Shown here: in pieces, positions 23,368 through 34,619 of the stretch | Layout: the number at the start of each line of letters is the position of its first letter | Numbering within the stretch: position 1 is the first letter of the stretch | Source: Eledone cirrhosa | Lineage: Eukaryota | DNA: 64,000 bases | Reading direction: 5' to 3' | NCBI GenBank assembly: GCA_964016885.1 | Contig: OZ024741.1 | Span: 42,036,001-42,100,000 of the forward strand | Notes under the pieces: generated by a model | The model's input: the letters and a program-made list of their open reading frames with translations, nothing else | What the model was told of the DNA's origin: nothing | Database searches by the model: none | Position numbers and translations under genes: made by a program

Positions 23368-24370
23368 CACATGCTTCAATGGATGTGCAGTAGCAATATA
23401 CATGAACAGCAAAGTATAAGTGTACTGCATGAGAAATTAGGCATAAGAGGGATTAGTTGTTGCATGAAGGAGAGGAGATTGTGTTGGTATGGACATGTGA
23501 TGTGTATGAAGGATGACAGCTGTATAAAAATGTGCAGTGCACTCAAAGTTGATGGTAGTCATGGAGTAGGCAGGCCTACGAAGACTTGGGATGAGGTAAT
23601 AAAAACTGACCTTGCACAATTACACCTCACAAGGCAATGACACAGGACTGCAACCTCTGGCACTATGTAGTGCTACAGAAGACCTGCCCTCCCATATGCT
23701 TGAGCTGAGGCATATATCTAATAGACAACACCTTTCTCTACCATCTCTCCTCCCATACATCTCCCTTTGCCCTAACTATCCCTCATTAATTACCTACAAA
23801 GGTGGATTGGCACTATCGGTAGAGGGTCAGACACCATGCTTTCCAGCATAGTTACGTCCCTTAACGATCTGAGTTCAAATCCCGCCGAGGTTAACTTTGC
23901 CTTTCATCCTTACAGGGTCGATAAAATAAAGTACCAGTAATGTACTGGGTAATTGCTGGCCTTGTACCAAAAAGTAGAAACAATTAATTAGTTCCCATCC
24001 CACACCATAAGCTTCTTCCCCCATCCTTCGTATTTCCCAGCCCACAACATGTAGTGCTCCCCCTCCCCTGTGTTAAGTCAAAAGTGCCCAGTCCACACTG
24101 GATAGTGGTTGTGTTGACGACATGACAAAAAGTGCCCAGTCCACACTCTAATGTGGTCATGTAGGTAACACGAAAAAAGCACCCAGCAAACACTGTAAAT
24201 GTGGTTGGCATTAGGAGGGGCATCTAACTGAAGAAAGCAAGCCAGAATCAACCCTAGGGGAGCGAAATATGGTCCTCTGAACTGATTCTCTCCTAAAGGG
24301 TCAACCTGTGCTACATATGCTAGCGTGAAAATCGATATTTTGATGATAACGATGACGGTGATGATGATTA
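23368..24370 (+). mobile_element. 3' fragment of RTE LINE (family B) interrupted by a SINE at 23801-23985
   Basis: RLCWYGHV and GRPTKTWDEVI motifs, followed by the family 3' UTR. Confidence 0.8.
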
Positions 24371-24392
24371 TATGCATATATATATATATATA

Positions 24393-26340
24393 TCATCATC
24401 ATCATCATCATCATCATTTTACGTCTGCTTTTCCCTGCTTGCACGGGTAGGACGGGTCCTAATCAGCACAGCATCTCTCCACTTGTCACGTTCCATCGTC
24501 ATCTCCTCCGTGAGTTTCAGTGATCTGAGGTCTGCTCTCACCACCTCCGTCCATGTTTTTCGTAGTGTACCTCTACTGCGTCTTCCTTCTACTGGGATTT
24601 CTTGACACTTCTTTACCCAGTGGTCGTCCTCCATGCGAATCACATGTCCATACCATCTCAGTCTTCTCTCCTGCACACCACAACTTATCCCTCTTATACC
24701 CAGTTTCTTTCTCAACTCGTCTATGCTTTGTTGTTCACGCACATTGAGATTGTACATCCAATAGAGCATGCGTGCTTCATTTCTCTCCAGCTGTCGCATA
24801 TCCTCTGCAGTGGCTGCCCATGTCTCACTACTATGCAGCATCGCCCATCTCACACAGGCATCATATAACCGTCCTTTCATATGCAGGGAGAAACCCTTCT
24901 TTGTCAACAGAGGAAGCAACTCCCTAAACTTCTTCCAACCCGTCCTTATTCTAGATACTATGGCCTCGGAACACTCCCCTCCTCCCATGCTAATCTGATC
25001 ACCTAGGTACCGGAAGCTATCAACCACTTCTATAGAACCGACCTGCATTGGAAAAATGTGTCTATCACTGCAATTACTACTGTCAACTTCCCCTGTACAT
25101 CTACTGCATACATAGTTTTCCCTACCTGTTACTACAGCTCTTGTGTACCCAAGATCTGCATTGCGTACATTTTATGGAATTTATGCCAGTTCTTTTCCTA
25201 CATATTGAACATGGCCATTTCCGTGATGGAATCAGAGTATTGTCCTCTCTTCTACTTATCAACACTTTTCTCTTAGCTATGTTCACTCTCAGTCCTCTTG
25301 CTTCCAACTGCTGTTTCCATAGCCAGAATTTATACTCTAGCTCCTCTACTGATTCTGCTATAAGAACCAGATCATCAGCATAGAGAAGTTCCCATGGGCA
25401 TCCAGTCTTAAACTCCTCTGTTATGGCTTGGAGGACTATAATGAACAAGAGCGAGCTGAGGACCGAACCCTGATGTACACCTACTTGTATCTGGAATTCC
25501 TCACTTAACTCCATTCCTACTCTCACTTTACTGACAGCACCCCTACATAGCTTGCACTGCCCTCGCAAGCCATTCCTCTACACCTAGTTTCCTTAGGGAC
25601 CACCAGATGACAGATCAGGATACCTTATCAAAGGCCTTCTCTAGGTCAACAAAAGCTAAGTATAGTGGCTTATTCTTCTCTAAGAACCTCTTGTGTAGTT
25701 GCCTCACTAAGAAGAGGGCATCTGTTGTACTTTTCCGAGGCACAAAACCAAACTGCATCTCATCTAATTTTACCCTTTCTCTAATCAGTTGCGCTATTAT
25801 TCTCTCTGCCACTTTCATAACCTGATCCATCAGCTTTATGCCCCTATAATTTCTCCTCTCCAGACATCCCCTTTACCTTTGTAGCAATTTATGAGAATAC
25901 TGCTGCACCAGTCTTTGGGTATGACTCCGCCATATGTAGCTTGATTGAAGATGCGTGCAACCAGTTTAGTGCCTACTTCTCCTGATACCTTCAGCATCTC
26001 AGCAACTATCTATGATGGTCCAGCAGCCTTACCATTCTTCATTTCCTTAATTGCTTCTTGTACTCTATATTCGTCAATCTCAATAGCGGGTCTACTGGGG
26101 GTAATTTCTCTCTCTCCCATTCGTTCTCCACATTCATCAGTCTCTCATAATGACATTTCCAGGCCTCCTTTTTTTTGATCATTCGTGACACTAAGTACAC
26201 CAGCATCATTCCGGACACACTTACCTCCAACAACATCCTGATTTGCACTGACACACTGCCTTGCAATGCGGAACACCGCACGTCTCTGATCTTCCCGTCG
26301 CAGAACATTGGCAAACCTCCTACTCTCAGCCTCCCTGTAT
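24393..26340 (-). mobile_element. RTE LINE (family A), frameshifted, 5'-truncated, (ATG)n tail
   Basis: AFVDLEKAFD, VGVHQGSVLS, LLYADD and RLRWYGHV motifs in several frames. Confidence 0.9.
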
Positions 26341-26659
26341 ATATCTGTATGTAGTTGACAGCTGAGTGAAAACAATTCTCAATACCGAAGTAGAGTTTAA
26401 ATATCCATTAGGTTATGGCTAAATAGTGGAGTTTTGCTTGTGACACTGTGATAAGCAGGCACAACTTCAAAGTAACAAGAGTTAATATTCAGCCTTAATA
26501 AAATTAATATATATATATAATCGACATCAGCACTGTTTAACGTCCATTTTTCCACGCTAGCATGGGTTAGACATGTTGTCCCATTTTGAGACAAGCCAGG
26601 TCAGATGGCGCCGGCTTGCTCGTACAGAACTCATTTTATATATATAAGAGTTTAATATA

Positions 26660-26832
26660 TAAGGGTTCAATCCAGAGTAACCACAGTTAGTAAGGTACTC
26701 AATACATTAGTAAAGTGTAAACATCAAGTTTAATATAGAAATGGCTTCTACGGGAGTAGAACTGTATCATTCAAATGATTTCTTTTGAATGAAACAGTTC
26801 TAGTCCTGTAGAAGCCATTTCTGTATTAAACT
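26660..26832. mobile_element. Penelope-like fold-back fragment with HHR 3' half
   Basis: Inverted arms ~26727-26788 and ~26795-26832; GAAA-CAG..CUG-UA^GAAGCC; tail shares gtactcaatac with family B. Confidence 0.55.
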
Positions 26833-26844
26833 ATATATATATTC

Positions 26845-27110
26845 ATTCATTTTATTTTACGTCCGCTTTTCCCTGCTTGCAAGAGTAGGACGGGAACTGA
26901 TTCTGGCTTGATTTCTACAGCTGGATGCCCTTCCTAACACGAACCTCATTTACAGTGAGTGGTGGATGCTTTTTTGCCATGGCACCTCCACGACCACTTT
27001 GCAGTGGAATGATATGGACCCCAGTCCCTATCATCTCATTTCTACAACTGAGTAAACTGGAGCAATGTGAAATAAAGTGTCTTGCTCAAGGAAACAACAC
27101 ATCACCTGGT
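26845..27110 (-). mobile_element. SINE family 2, 5'-truncated
   Basis: Reverse complement of 34035-34300. Confidence 0.8.
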
Positions 27111-27114
27111 CTAT

Positions 27115-29171
27115 ATCATCATCATCATCATCATCAACGTTTAACGTCCGTGTTCCACGCTTGCATGGGTTTGGACGGGGGTAGTCCCACTTGAGGCAAG
27201 AGTGATTGTCTTGCTCGCATAGGACTGTCTGGCAGGTTTTCTACAGTTGGATGCCCTTCCTAACACCAACCACATTTACAGTGTGGGTCTGGGAGGTTTT
27301 TACCGTGTTGCCTACACGGCCACATTACAGCGTGGACTGTGTGTTTTTTTGTCGTGACACCTACACGATCTCATTTGTTTCGGCCCGGATGGCGCGGCAC
27401 CAACATAACTTTACATAGGACGGGGTGGTGTGGATGGGGTGGGGGTGGTGGTGGTGGGACGGGGTGTATTTTGTTAGAGATGCCTACTGGCAAGGCGGGT
27501 CTTCTCTGTTACTGAGTACCGCCAAAGGTCTCGGTCCAGTGACATTGTCTTGGAGAGGTGTAAGTGTGTGAGGTCGGAGTTTATCAGCTCGTCCCAGGTT
27601 TTTCTAGGTCTGCCTATTCCGTGGCTACCGTCTATCTTTATTGCCCTGCACTTTGTTATAGAGCTATCGACTTTCATGCGCATCACGTGTCCATACCAAC
27701 GTAGCCTTCTCTCGAGTAAACAACATCTGATCCCTCTTATCTCTAATTTTTTCCTTAGTTCGTTTATGCTTTGCCGTTCACGTATATTACTGTTACACAT
27801 CCAGCGGAGCATGCAAGCTTCGTTCCTCTCTAGTCTGCGTATATCCTCTGCACACAATGCCCAGGTCTCACTGCCATGCAACATTGCTGTTCGTATGCAG
27901 GCATCGTACAACCTGCCTTTCATTTTTAGGGAGAACCCTTTAGCAGCTAATAGTGGTATAAGCTCTCTGAACTTTTTCCAACCAGTTCTGACTCTAGCTA
28001 CAGTACTTTCAGAGCACCCTCCCCCACTGCTGATTTTATCGCCCAGGTAACGGAAGCTGTCCACTATTTCTATAGAACCCTCTGCGCAATTGAAAGAGCT
28101 AGTATTGTGTGGGCACTTGCTGCTACTTATTGCACCAGAACACCGGCCACATGTAAAATCTATGTTCTTAGTTAGCTTACCTGTGATCCCACTACATCTT
28201 TTATGCACCCATACTTTGCATTTAGGACACAAAATGGAGTTTCTACCTACGCCTTTCCTACACACCGAGCACGACCATTTCCCAGAAGGGACCGCCGCCT
28301 TGTTTTCTTTCCTACAAACTAGAACTTTGGTCTTAGCCAGGTTAATTTTAAGTCCTTTTGACTCTAGGCCGTGCTTCCATGTTTGGAATTTCTTCTCTAG
28401 CTCGGCCATTGATTCCGCTATGAGTGTCAGGTCGTCTGCGTATAGGAGTTCCCATGGGCAGCCTGTCTTGAACTCCTCTGTTATAGCCTGAAGGGCAATA
28501 ATAAATAGTAGGGGGCTGAGAACAGAGCCCTGATGGACGCCAACTTTTACGCTAAACTCTTCACTATATTCGTTGTTAATTCTAACCTTGCTGACTGTTT
28601 CTTTATACATGGCTTGTATAGCCCTCACAAGCCATTCGTCAACGCCTAGTTTTCTAAGAGCCCACCAGATAATGGAGCGGGGGACTCTGTCGAAGGCTTT
28701 CTCCAAGTCGACAAAAGCTAAGTAGAGGGGTTTACCTTTAGCTAGGTACTTCTCCTGTAGTTGTCGTACTATGAAAAGAGCGTCTGTGGTACTTTTGCCT
28801 GACACAAACCCGAACTGCATTTCATCTAGGTCAATTCTCTCTCTGATTAGTTGCGCTATTACTTTTTCTGTGACCTTCATGACCTGGTCGATTAATTTAA
28901 TGCCTCTATAGTTACTCCTATCTAGGGCGTCTCCTTTACCCTTATAACAGTTAACGATGATGCTGCTATGCCAGTCCTTCGGAACAGCCCCATTCTGTAC
29001 GACTTGGTTAACTATGCGGGTGACCATGGTGTGTCCCACCGTGCCAGATGCCTTCAGCATCTCAGCAACTATTTCCGAAGGCCCAGCCGCCTTACCTGTC
29101 TTCATATCCTTGATTGCCTTACTTATTATACTCCCCTCGACTAACACTGCTGGTCCCTCTATTGGGTCGAC

Positions 29172-29172
<1 letters not shown>
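27115..29172 (-). mobile_element. RTE LINE (family B), 5'-truncated, with ~360-bp 3' UTR and (ATG)n tail
   Basis: Uninterrupted RT ORF followed by the UTR; 5' break at a (TA)n tract. Confidence 0.93.
27474..29147 (-). CDS. RTE reverse transcriptase (partial ORF) with inserted PHD-like Cys/His finger
   Basis: NYRGIKL, FVDLEKAFDRV, GVHQGSVLSP, YADD; CSVC..CPKC..WVHKRC..CGRC. Confidence 0.9.
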   Translation of the reverse strand: MLVEGSIISKAIKDMKTGKAAGPSEIVAEMLKASGTVGHTMVTRIVNQVVQNGAVPKDWHSSIIVNCYKGKGDALDRSNYRGIKLIDQVMKVTEKVIAQLIRERIDLDEMQFGFVSGKSTTDALFIVRQLQEKYLAKGKPLYLAFVDLEKAFDRVPRSIIWWALRKLGVDEWLVRAIQAMYKETVSKVRINNEYSEEFSVKVGVHQGSVLSPLLFIIALQAITEEFKTGCPWELLYADDLTLIAESMAELEKKFQTWKHGLESKGLKINLAKTKVLVCRKENKAAVPSGKWSCSVCRKGVGRNSILCPKCKVWVHKRCSGITGKLTKNIDFTCGRCSGAISSSKCPHNTSSFNCAEGSIEIVDSFRYLGDKISSGGGCSESTVARVRTGWKKFRELIPLLAAKGFSLKMKGRLYDACIRTAMLHGSETWALCAEDIRRLERNEACMLRWMCNSNIRERQSINELRKKLEIRGIRCCLLERRLRWYGHVMRMKVDSSITKCRAIKIDGSHGIGRPRKTWDELINSDLTHLHLSKTMSLDRDLWRYSVTEKTRLASRHL

Positions 29173-29221
<49 letters not shown>

Positions 29222-29406
29222 CTTTTTTTAAATTATATATATATATATATTGTTATACTTTGGGAGGGTCATGTTGCCAATAAGAAACACACGCACCAGT
29301 TGCTTTCACTTCAATTTATTATAAATTTTATAAGGTTTATAAATATAAATTTTATAAATGTCCGGTTGGTTGGTTGGTTCCACAACTGGATGGTTGTTTA
29401 TATATT

Positions 29407-29449
29407 GTCAAAGTTCTTTCTTCACACATTCTGTGACCTCTTCAGTGAC
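29407..29449 (-). ncRNA. Degenerate minimal HHR
   Basis: GUCA-CUGAAGA-GGUCACA..UGUGAA-GAAA-GAAC-UU^UGAC; base of stem II is mismatched. Confidence 0.45.
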
Positions 29450-29829
29450 TGGGGATTCTTTTCTTTTTTTTCTGCCTCTCCTTTGTTCTGTCCTACGCCA
29501 TCTTGCTTCTGGGCCGAAGTAAAAGGTCTCATAACTTAACTAGCAGAGGGCCTCATTTGCCCTAAATCCGGCACTGACTGACCCCAAACCATTAGGTTAC
29601 AAAGTGAACTCCTTAACTACACAGCCATTCACTATGTATTCAAGCTGTCAATATTTTTTATTGATATATCTTTAATATATTTTTTCTATATTTCACTTTT
29701 CTCTGATATCTAAATTCTTTATGATCATGAAATAGATTAGTTCTCAATAAACACCCAGAAAATGTTGTCTTTTCTCTTATTTTTGATATTTCTTTTTGAA
29801 TTTTTTAATATCTAAATATATTTATATCT

Positions 29830-29930
<101 letters not shown>

Positions 29931-30049
29931 TATATATATATATTTTTTTTTTCTGAGCACTAATTATTTTTTCATTTTATCTATTTTTCAATCTCTATTC
30001 TTTAATTCATTCATAATTCATATGTGAATGAACGTCTTCTTATGTTTTT

Positions 30050-30061
30050 GTAGTAGTAATA

Positions 30062-30097
<36 letters not shown>

Positions 30098-30257
30098 GTA
30101 GTATTAGTAGTAGTAGTAGTAGTAGCGTTAGTAGTCATAGTAGTGTTAGCAGTAGTGTTAGAGTAGTAGTATAATAATAGTTCTTCTTCGCCTTCTTCTT
30201 CTTCTTCTTCTTCTTCTTCTTCTTCTTCTTCTTCTTCTTCTTCTTCTTCTTCTTCTT
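30050..30257. repeat. (TAG)n and (TTC)n microsatellites
   Basis: Directly visible. Confidence 0.95.
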
Positions 30258-30582
30258 TAATACTTATATATCTTCTTCTTCAACCAAAATATGTTCGATA
30301 AATTTACTTATGGAGTAACAAAGAAGCAATAAAAAAATGAAAAAAAATGAAAAAAATAGAAGAAATTAAATGTAAATTAAACCTAAAATAAAAAAATAAA
30401 TGAATTTAATTTCGAAAATCATATTCAAATCTTTTTTTTTAAAGAAGAAATATAGCAAATAATTAAAAAAAGCCCTATTTAAATATAGAAAAAATAAATT
30501 TGAAAAGACCCCAAAATATAAAAAAACGTATTATGTCAAAGTACAATTTTCTGAAGGAAAATATGTAATAATATTAAGAAAA

Positions 30583-32025
30583 AGATGGTAATGATAAGGA
30601 AAATGATGATAGAGATGATGGTGATGATTATGGTGATGGGGATGATAATGGTGATGTCAATGATGATATTGATGATGGCGATTGGTGATGATAATAGTGA
30701 TGTCGAAGATGGTGATGGTGATGGTGAGGGTGATGGTAAGGGTGATGTCGATGATGACAGTGGTGATGGTGTTGGTAAGGGTGATGTTGATGATGACAGT
30801 GGTGATGGTAAGGGTGATGGTGTTGGTAAGGGTGATGTTGATGATGACAGTGGTGATGGTAAGGGTGATGGTGTTGGTAAGGGTGATGTCGATGATGACA
30901 GTGGTGATGGTGATGGTAAGGGTGATGTTGATGATGACAGTGGTGATGGTAAGGGTGATGGTGTTGGTAAGGGTGATGTTGATGATGACAGTGGTGATGG
31001 TAAGGGTGATGGTGTTGGTAAGGGTGATGTCGATGATGACAGTGGTGATGGTGATGGTAAGGGTGATGTTGATGATGACAGTGGTGATGGTAAGGGTGAT
31101 GGTGTTGGTAAGGGTGATGTCGATGATGACAGTGGTGATGGTGTTGGTAAGGGTGATGTCGATGATGACAGTGGTGATGGTGTTGGTAAGGGTGATGTTG
31201 ATGATGACAGTGGTGATGGTAAGGGTGATGGTGTTGGTAAGGGTGATGTTGATGATGACAGTGGTGATGGTAAGGGTGATGGTGTTGGTAAGGGTGATGT
31301 CGATGATGACAGTGGTGATGGTGATGGTAAGGGTGATGTCGATGATGACAGTGGTGATGGTGATGGTAAGGGTGATGTCGATGATGACAAAGATGATGCT
31401 GATGGTGATGATACTGAGGATTATGAGGATGACAATGATTATGGTGATGTTGATGATGATGATGATAATGAGGATGGTGATGGTCATGATGATGATAGTT
31501 ATGATGACGATAACAGTGATGGTTATGAGGGCTATGATGATGATAATAGCGATGGTGATGCTGATGATAAAGGTGACAGTCATGATAATGATGATAATGA
31601 TGATAATGGTGATGATGATGATGATGATGGTAATGGTGATGGTGATGGTAATGATGATACTAGTAATGGCAATGGCAGTTATGATTGGGATGATGATTAT
31701 TATATAGATGATGATGATGATGACAGTGATGTTGATAATGATGGTGGGGAAGCTGATAATGGTGACAATGATGTTAATAATGATGATGATGATGATAATA
31801 GTGATGGTGATGGTAATTTTGATGATGACAATAATGATCATGGAAGTAATAATAATGATGATGATGATAGCAGTGATGGGGATGATGACAATAAAGATGT
31901 ACATGATAACAGTGATGATGATGATGATAGTGAGGATAATAATGATGATTGTGATAATATTTATGTTAATGATAACTATGGTGGTGATAATTAAGGTGAT
32001 GATAAGGATAAGAATAATGATAAAA
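30583..32025. repeat. (GAT/GGT) low-complexity tract with a 30/42-bp minisatellite core (30735-31390)
   Basis: Recurrent gatgatgacagtggtgatggt(aagggtgatggt)gttggtaagggtgatgt units. Confidence 0.9.
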
Positions 32026-33024
32026 ATATACATTTAAGACAGTATTAGGCAATGGTATATAAAAATTCACCATTGAGAAAATATACACGTGTAAAATATA
32101 TGTAAAATATATGTCATGTTTCTGCTTTGTCATCTTTATCCATATTTTTCTTGGTCTTCAAAGGTACATGGCTTAGTGGTTAGAGTATTGGGCTCACAAT
32201 CATCAGGTTGGGAGTTCAAATCTAGGACTAGGCAGTAAGTTTTATACTTGAACAAGATATTTCATTTCATGTTGCTCCAGTTCACTTAGTTGGATAAAAT
32301 TGAGTTGCAATGTCATTGGTGCCAAGCTGTATCACCTTTTGATTTTCTCTTGAGCAACATTAGTGTAATGGAGAAGTGAGACTGGTATGCGTAGGCAACA
32401 ACTAGTCTTTTACAAAATCACCTTGACTAGGCTTGCGCCATGAAAAGGAACTTTTTAGGTGCAAATCCACGGTTAATGTGGTTGGTGTTAGGATGGGCAT
32501 CCAACTGTAGAAAGCAAGCCAGAATCAGTTCTATATGAGCAAGACAGGGTCACCTGACCCAACTTGCCTCAAATGGGACAACCTGTCTAACCCATGCTAG
32601 TGTGGAAAGTGGACGTTAAATGATGATGATGATGATGATGATGATGATGCATGACTTCTTGGTCTACTTGTGCCTTTACTTTTTTCCATATTCATTTCCA
32701 TCATTCCATTCAGCCAGTCACTTTCATTTTTCCTCAACACATGACTCAACCATATAGTTTCATTTCTCTTCCCAACATTCACCACTGGCTCTATTCCTAT
32801 CATCTTCTGCAAGACATTGTTTGTCCTGTTTTATCTGAGTCATACTTCATTCAGCTGACCATTCTTATTTCCATTCTTACCATCCTTCTCTACTGCTTTA
32901 CATTCAACACCCATATCCTGCTTCCATAAATTAGGGAAAATATATAAAGTATATAATACATGTTTCTTGATTAAGGTAAGCCTTCCTCACTACATACTCT
33001 GAGCCAAGAAAGGAACATCTAGAT

Positions 33025-33491
33025 CAGGGGCGTGCAACAGGCAGCCCGTGGGCCACAATCCGGCCCGCCAGACCAGTCAGAGTGTCCTGCAATTACCATT
33101 TTTAAATTTTACCTTGTACAGAAAATGTTTTGTAACCATAATACAATTTTCTGTTAGTTGACCTATACTAAAGGGCTTCACTGATAGGGTTATGTGTGTT
33201 ATAATTTCCCAGTTCCATGTTATTTGTCTTTATTATTTAAAAATGTATTTTACGATTTGAGTTCAAATCCCGCCGAGGTTGACTTTGCCTTTCATCCTTA
33301 CGGGGTCGATATAATAAAGTACCAGTAATGCAGTGGTTAATTGCTGGCCATGTGCCTAAAGTAGAAACAATTATTTAAAAATGTATTCACAATGTATTTA
33401 TGACTCAATTCACTGGTTTTCATTAGATTACATATTTTTGACAGTGACTGGCCCTAATAGTTGTTCCAATGGAATATGTTGCACATCCCTG
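33025..33491. mobile_element. Non-autonomous hAT (Charlie-like) element with a nested SINE
   Basis: TIRs caggggcgtgcaac / gttgcacatccctg; 8-bp TSD atctagat/atttagat; nested SINE flanked by duplicated ttatttaaaaatgtatt. Confidence 0.8.
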
Positions 33492-33963
33492 ATTTAGATG
33501 ATCTCAAGACATGCTAAACATAGCAGCCACATTCTCTTATATCTCACGCAAACTACCATCTTAGAAAATGATATGTTTTATAATGTTGCCATGAATTTCC
33601 TGCATATAGGAAACTAATGAGATGGTCATAGATGGAATACCTTTGAGTACAGGTCTGCCCAATCATAGCTCACTTGGAGCTAACAATAACATCATCATCA
33701 ACAACAACGACAGCAACAACAATCTTTGAAAGGTTCTATTACAGTGTTCATCAGCCACCAGGACACAGACTGGTATCAGCCTGTAGACCATTTGGTACTA
33801 GGCCACACAGAAAGCATCAAAACTTTTTACTGTCTCCTATCACCTCTAGTTGGGACCCTTTTGTTGCAGGCAAACCAGCTCAAGGTTGCCGCTGATGTTG
33901 AGCTGAGTCACATTTACAATATACATGTAATAATCAAATGAATAATAAAATTATATAATATTT

Positions 33964-34310
33964 GGAGGCACATGGCTTAGTGGTTAGAGCATTGGCCTTG
34001 CAATTGAAAGGTTGTGAGTTCAATTCTCAGACTGGGTGATGTGTTGTTTCCTTGAGCAAGACACTTTATTTCACATTGCTCCAGTTTACTCAGCTGTAGA
34101 AATGAGATGATAGGGACTGGGGTCCATATCATTCCACTGCAAAGTGGTCGTGGAGGTGCCACGGCAAAAAAGCACCCAGCACCTCACTGTAAATGAGGTT
34201 GGTGTTAGGAAGGGCATCCAGATGTAGAAATCAAGCCAGAATTAGTTCCCGTCCCACCCTTGCAAGCAGGGAAAAAGCGGACGTAAATGAAATGATGAAA
34301 TGATGATGAT
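33964..34310 (+). mobile_element. Full-length SINE family 2: tRNA head, CORE-like domain, RTE-derived tail; second full copy at 41487-41827(-), diverged head at 32162-32310
   Basis: A box TGGCTTAGTGG, B box GTTCAATTC, ccttgagcaagacactt..cagctgtagaaatgag CORE-like segment, (ATG)n end. Confidence 0.85.
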
Positions 34311-34619
34311 GAATACGCACTTTATGTTTTATTGTGTTTTGTTATGCATGTGAGCAAGTCTCCACCAACTTGGTCCATGGAGAAATTGTGTTGCATTACA
34401 CTGGTCCGTGGTACAAAAAGTTTGAGGACAGCTGCATTAGGATATTTTTTCTTGTGTCTTTTGTCATTTCTCAGTTGTTCATAAATAAACATGAGTTAGA
34501 CTTTATTTTATTTCTATTTTTTTTTTACTGATTTCAGTCATTAGATGGAGGTCATGCCTTGAAATGATTATATTGATATCAACGCCTGTACAACCCCTGG
34601 AGTGATGCTATCTTATATT

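Noticed and set aside
30585-31994. Asp/Gly-rich ORF resembling acidic biomineral proteins
   Set aside because: Several frames on both strands are open because of the (GAT)n base; no signal peptide or unique domain.
33964-34040. tRNA genes at A/B-box sites
   Set aside because: They are SINE heads continuing into SINE bodies; no complete cloverleaf.
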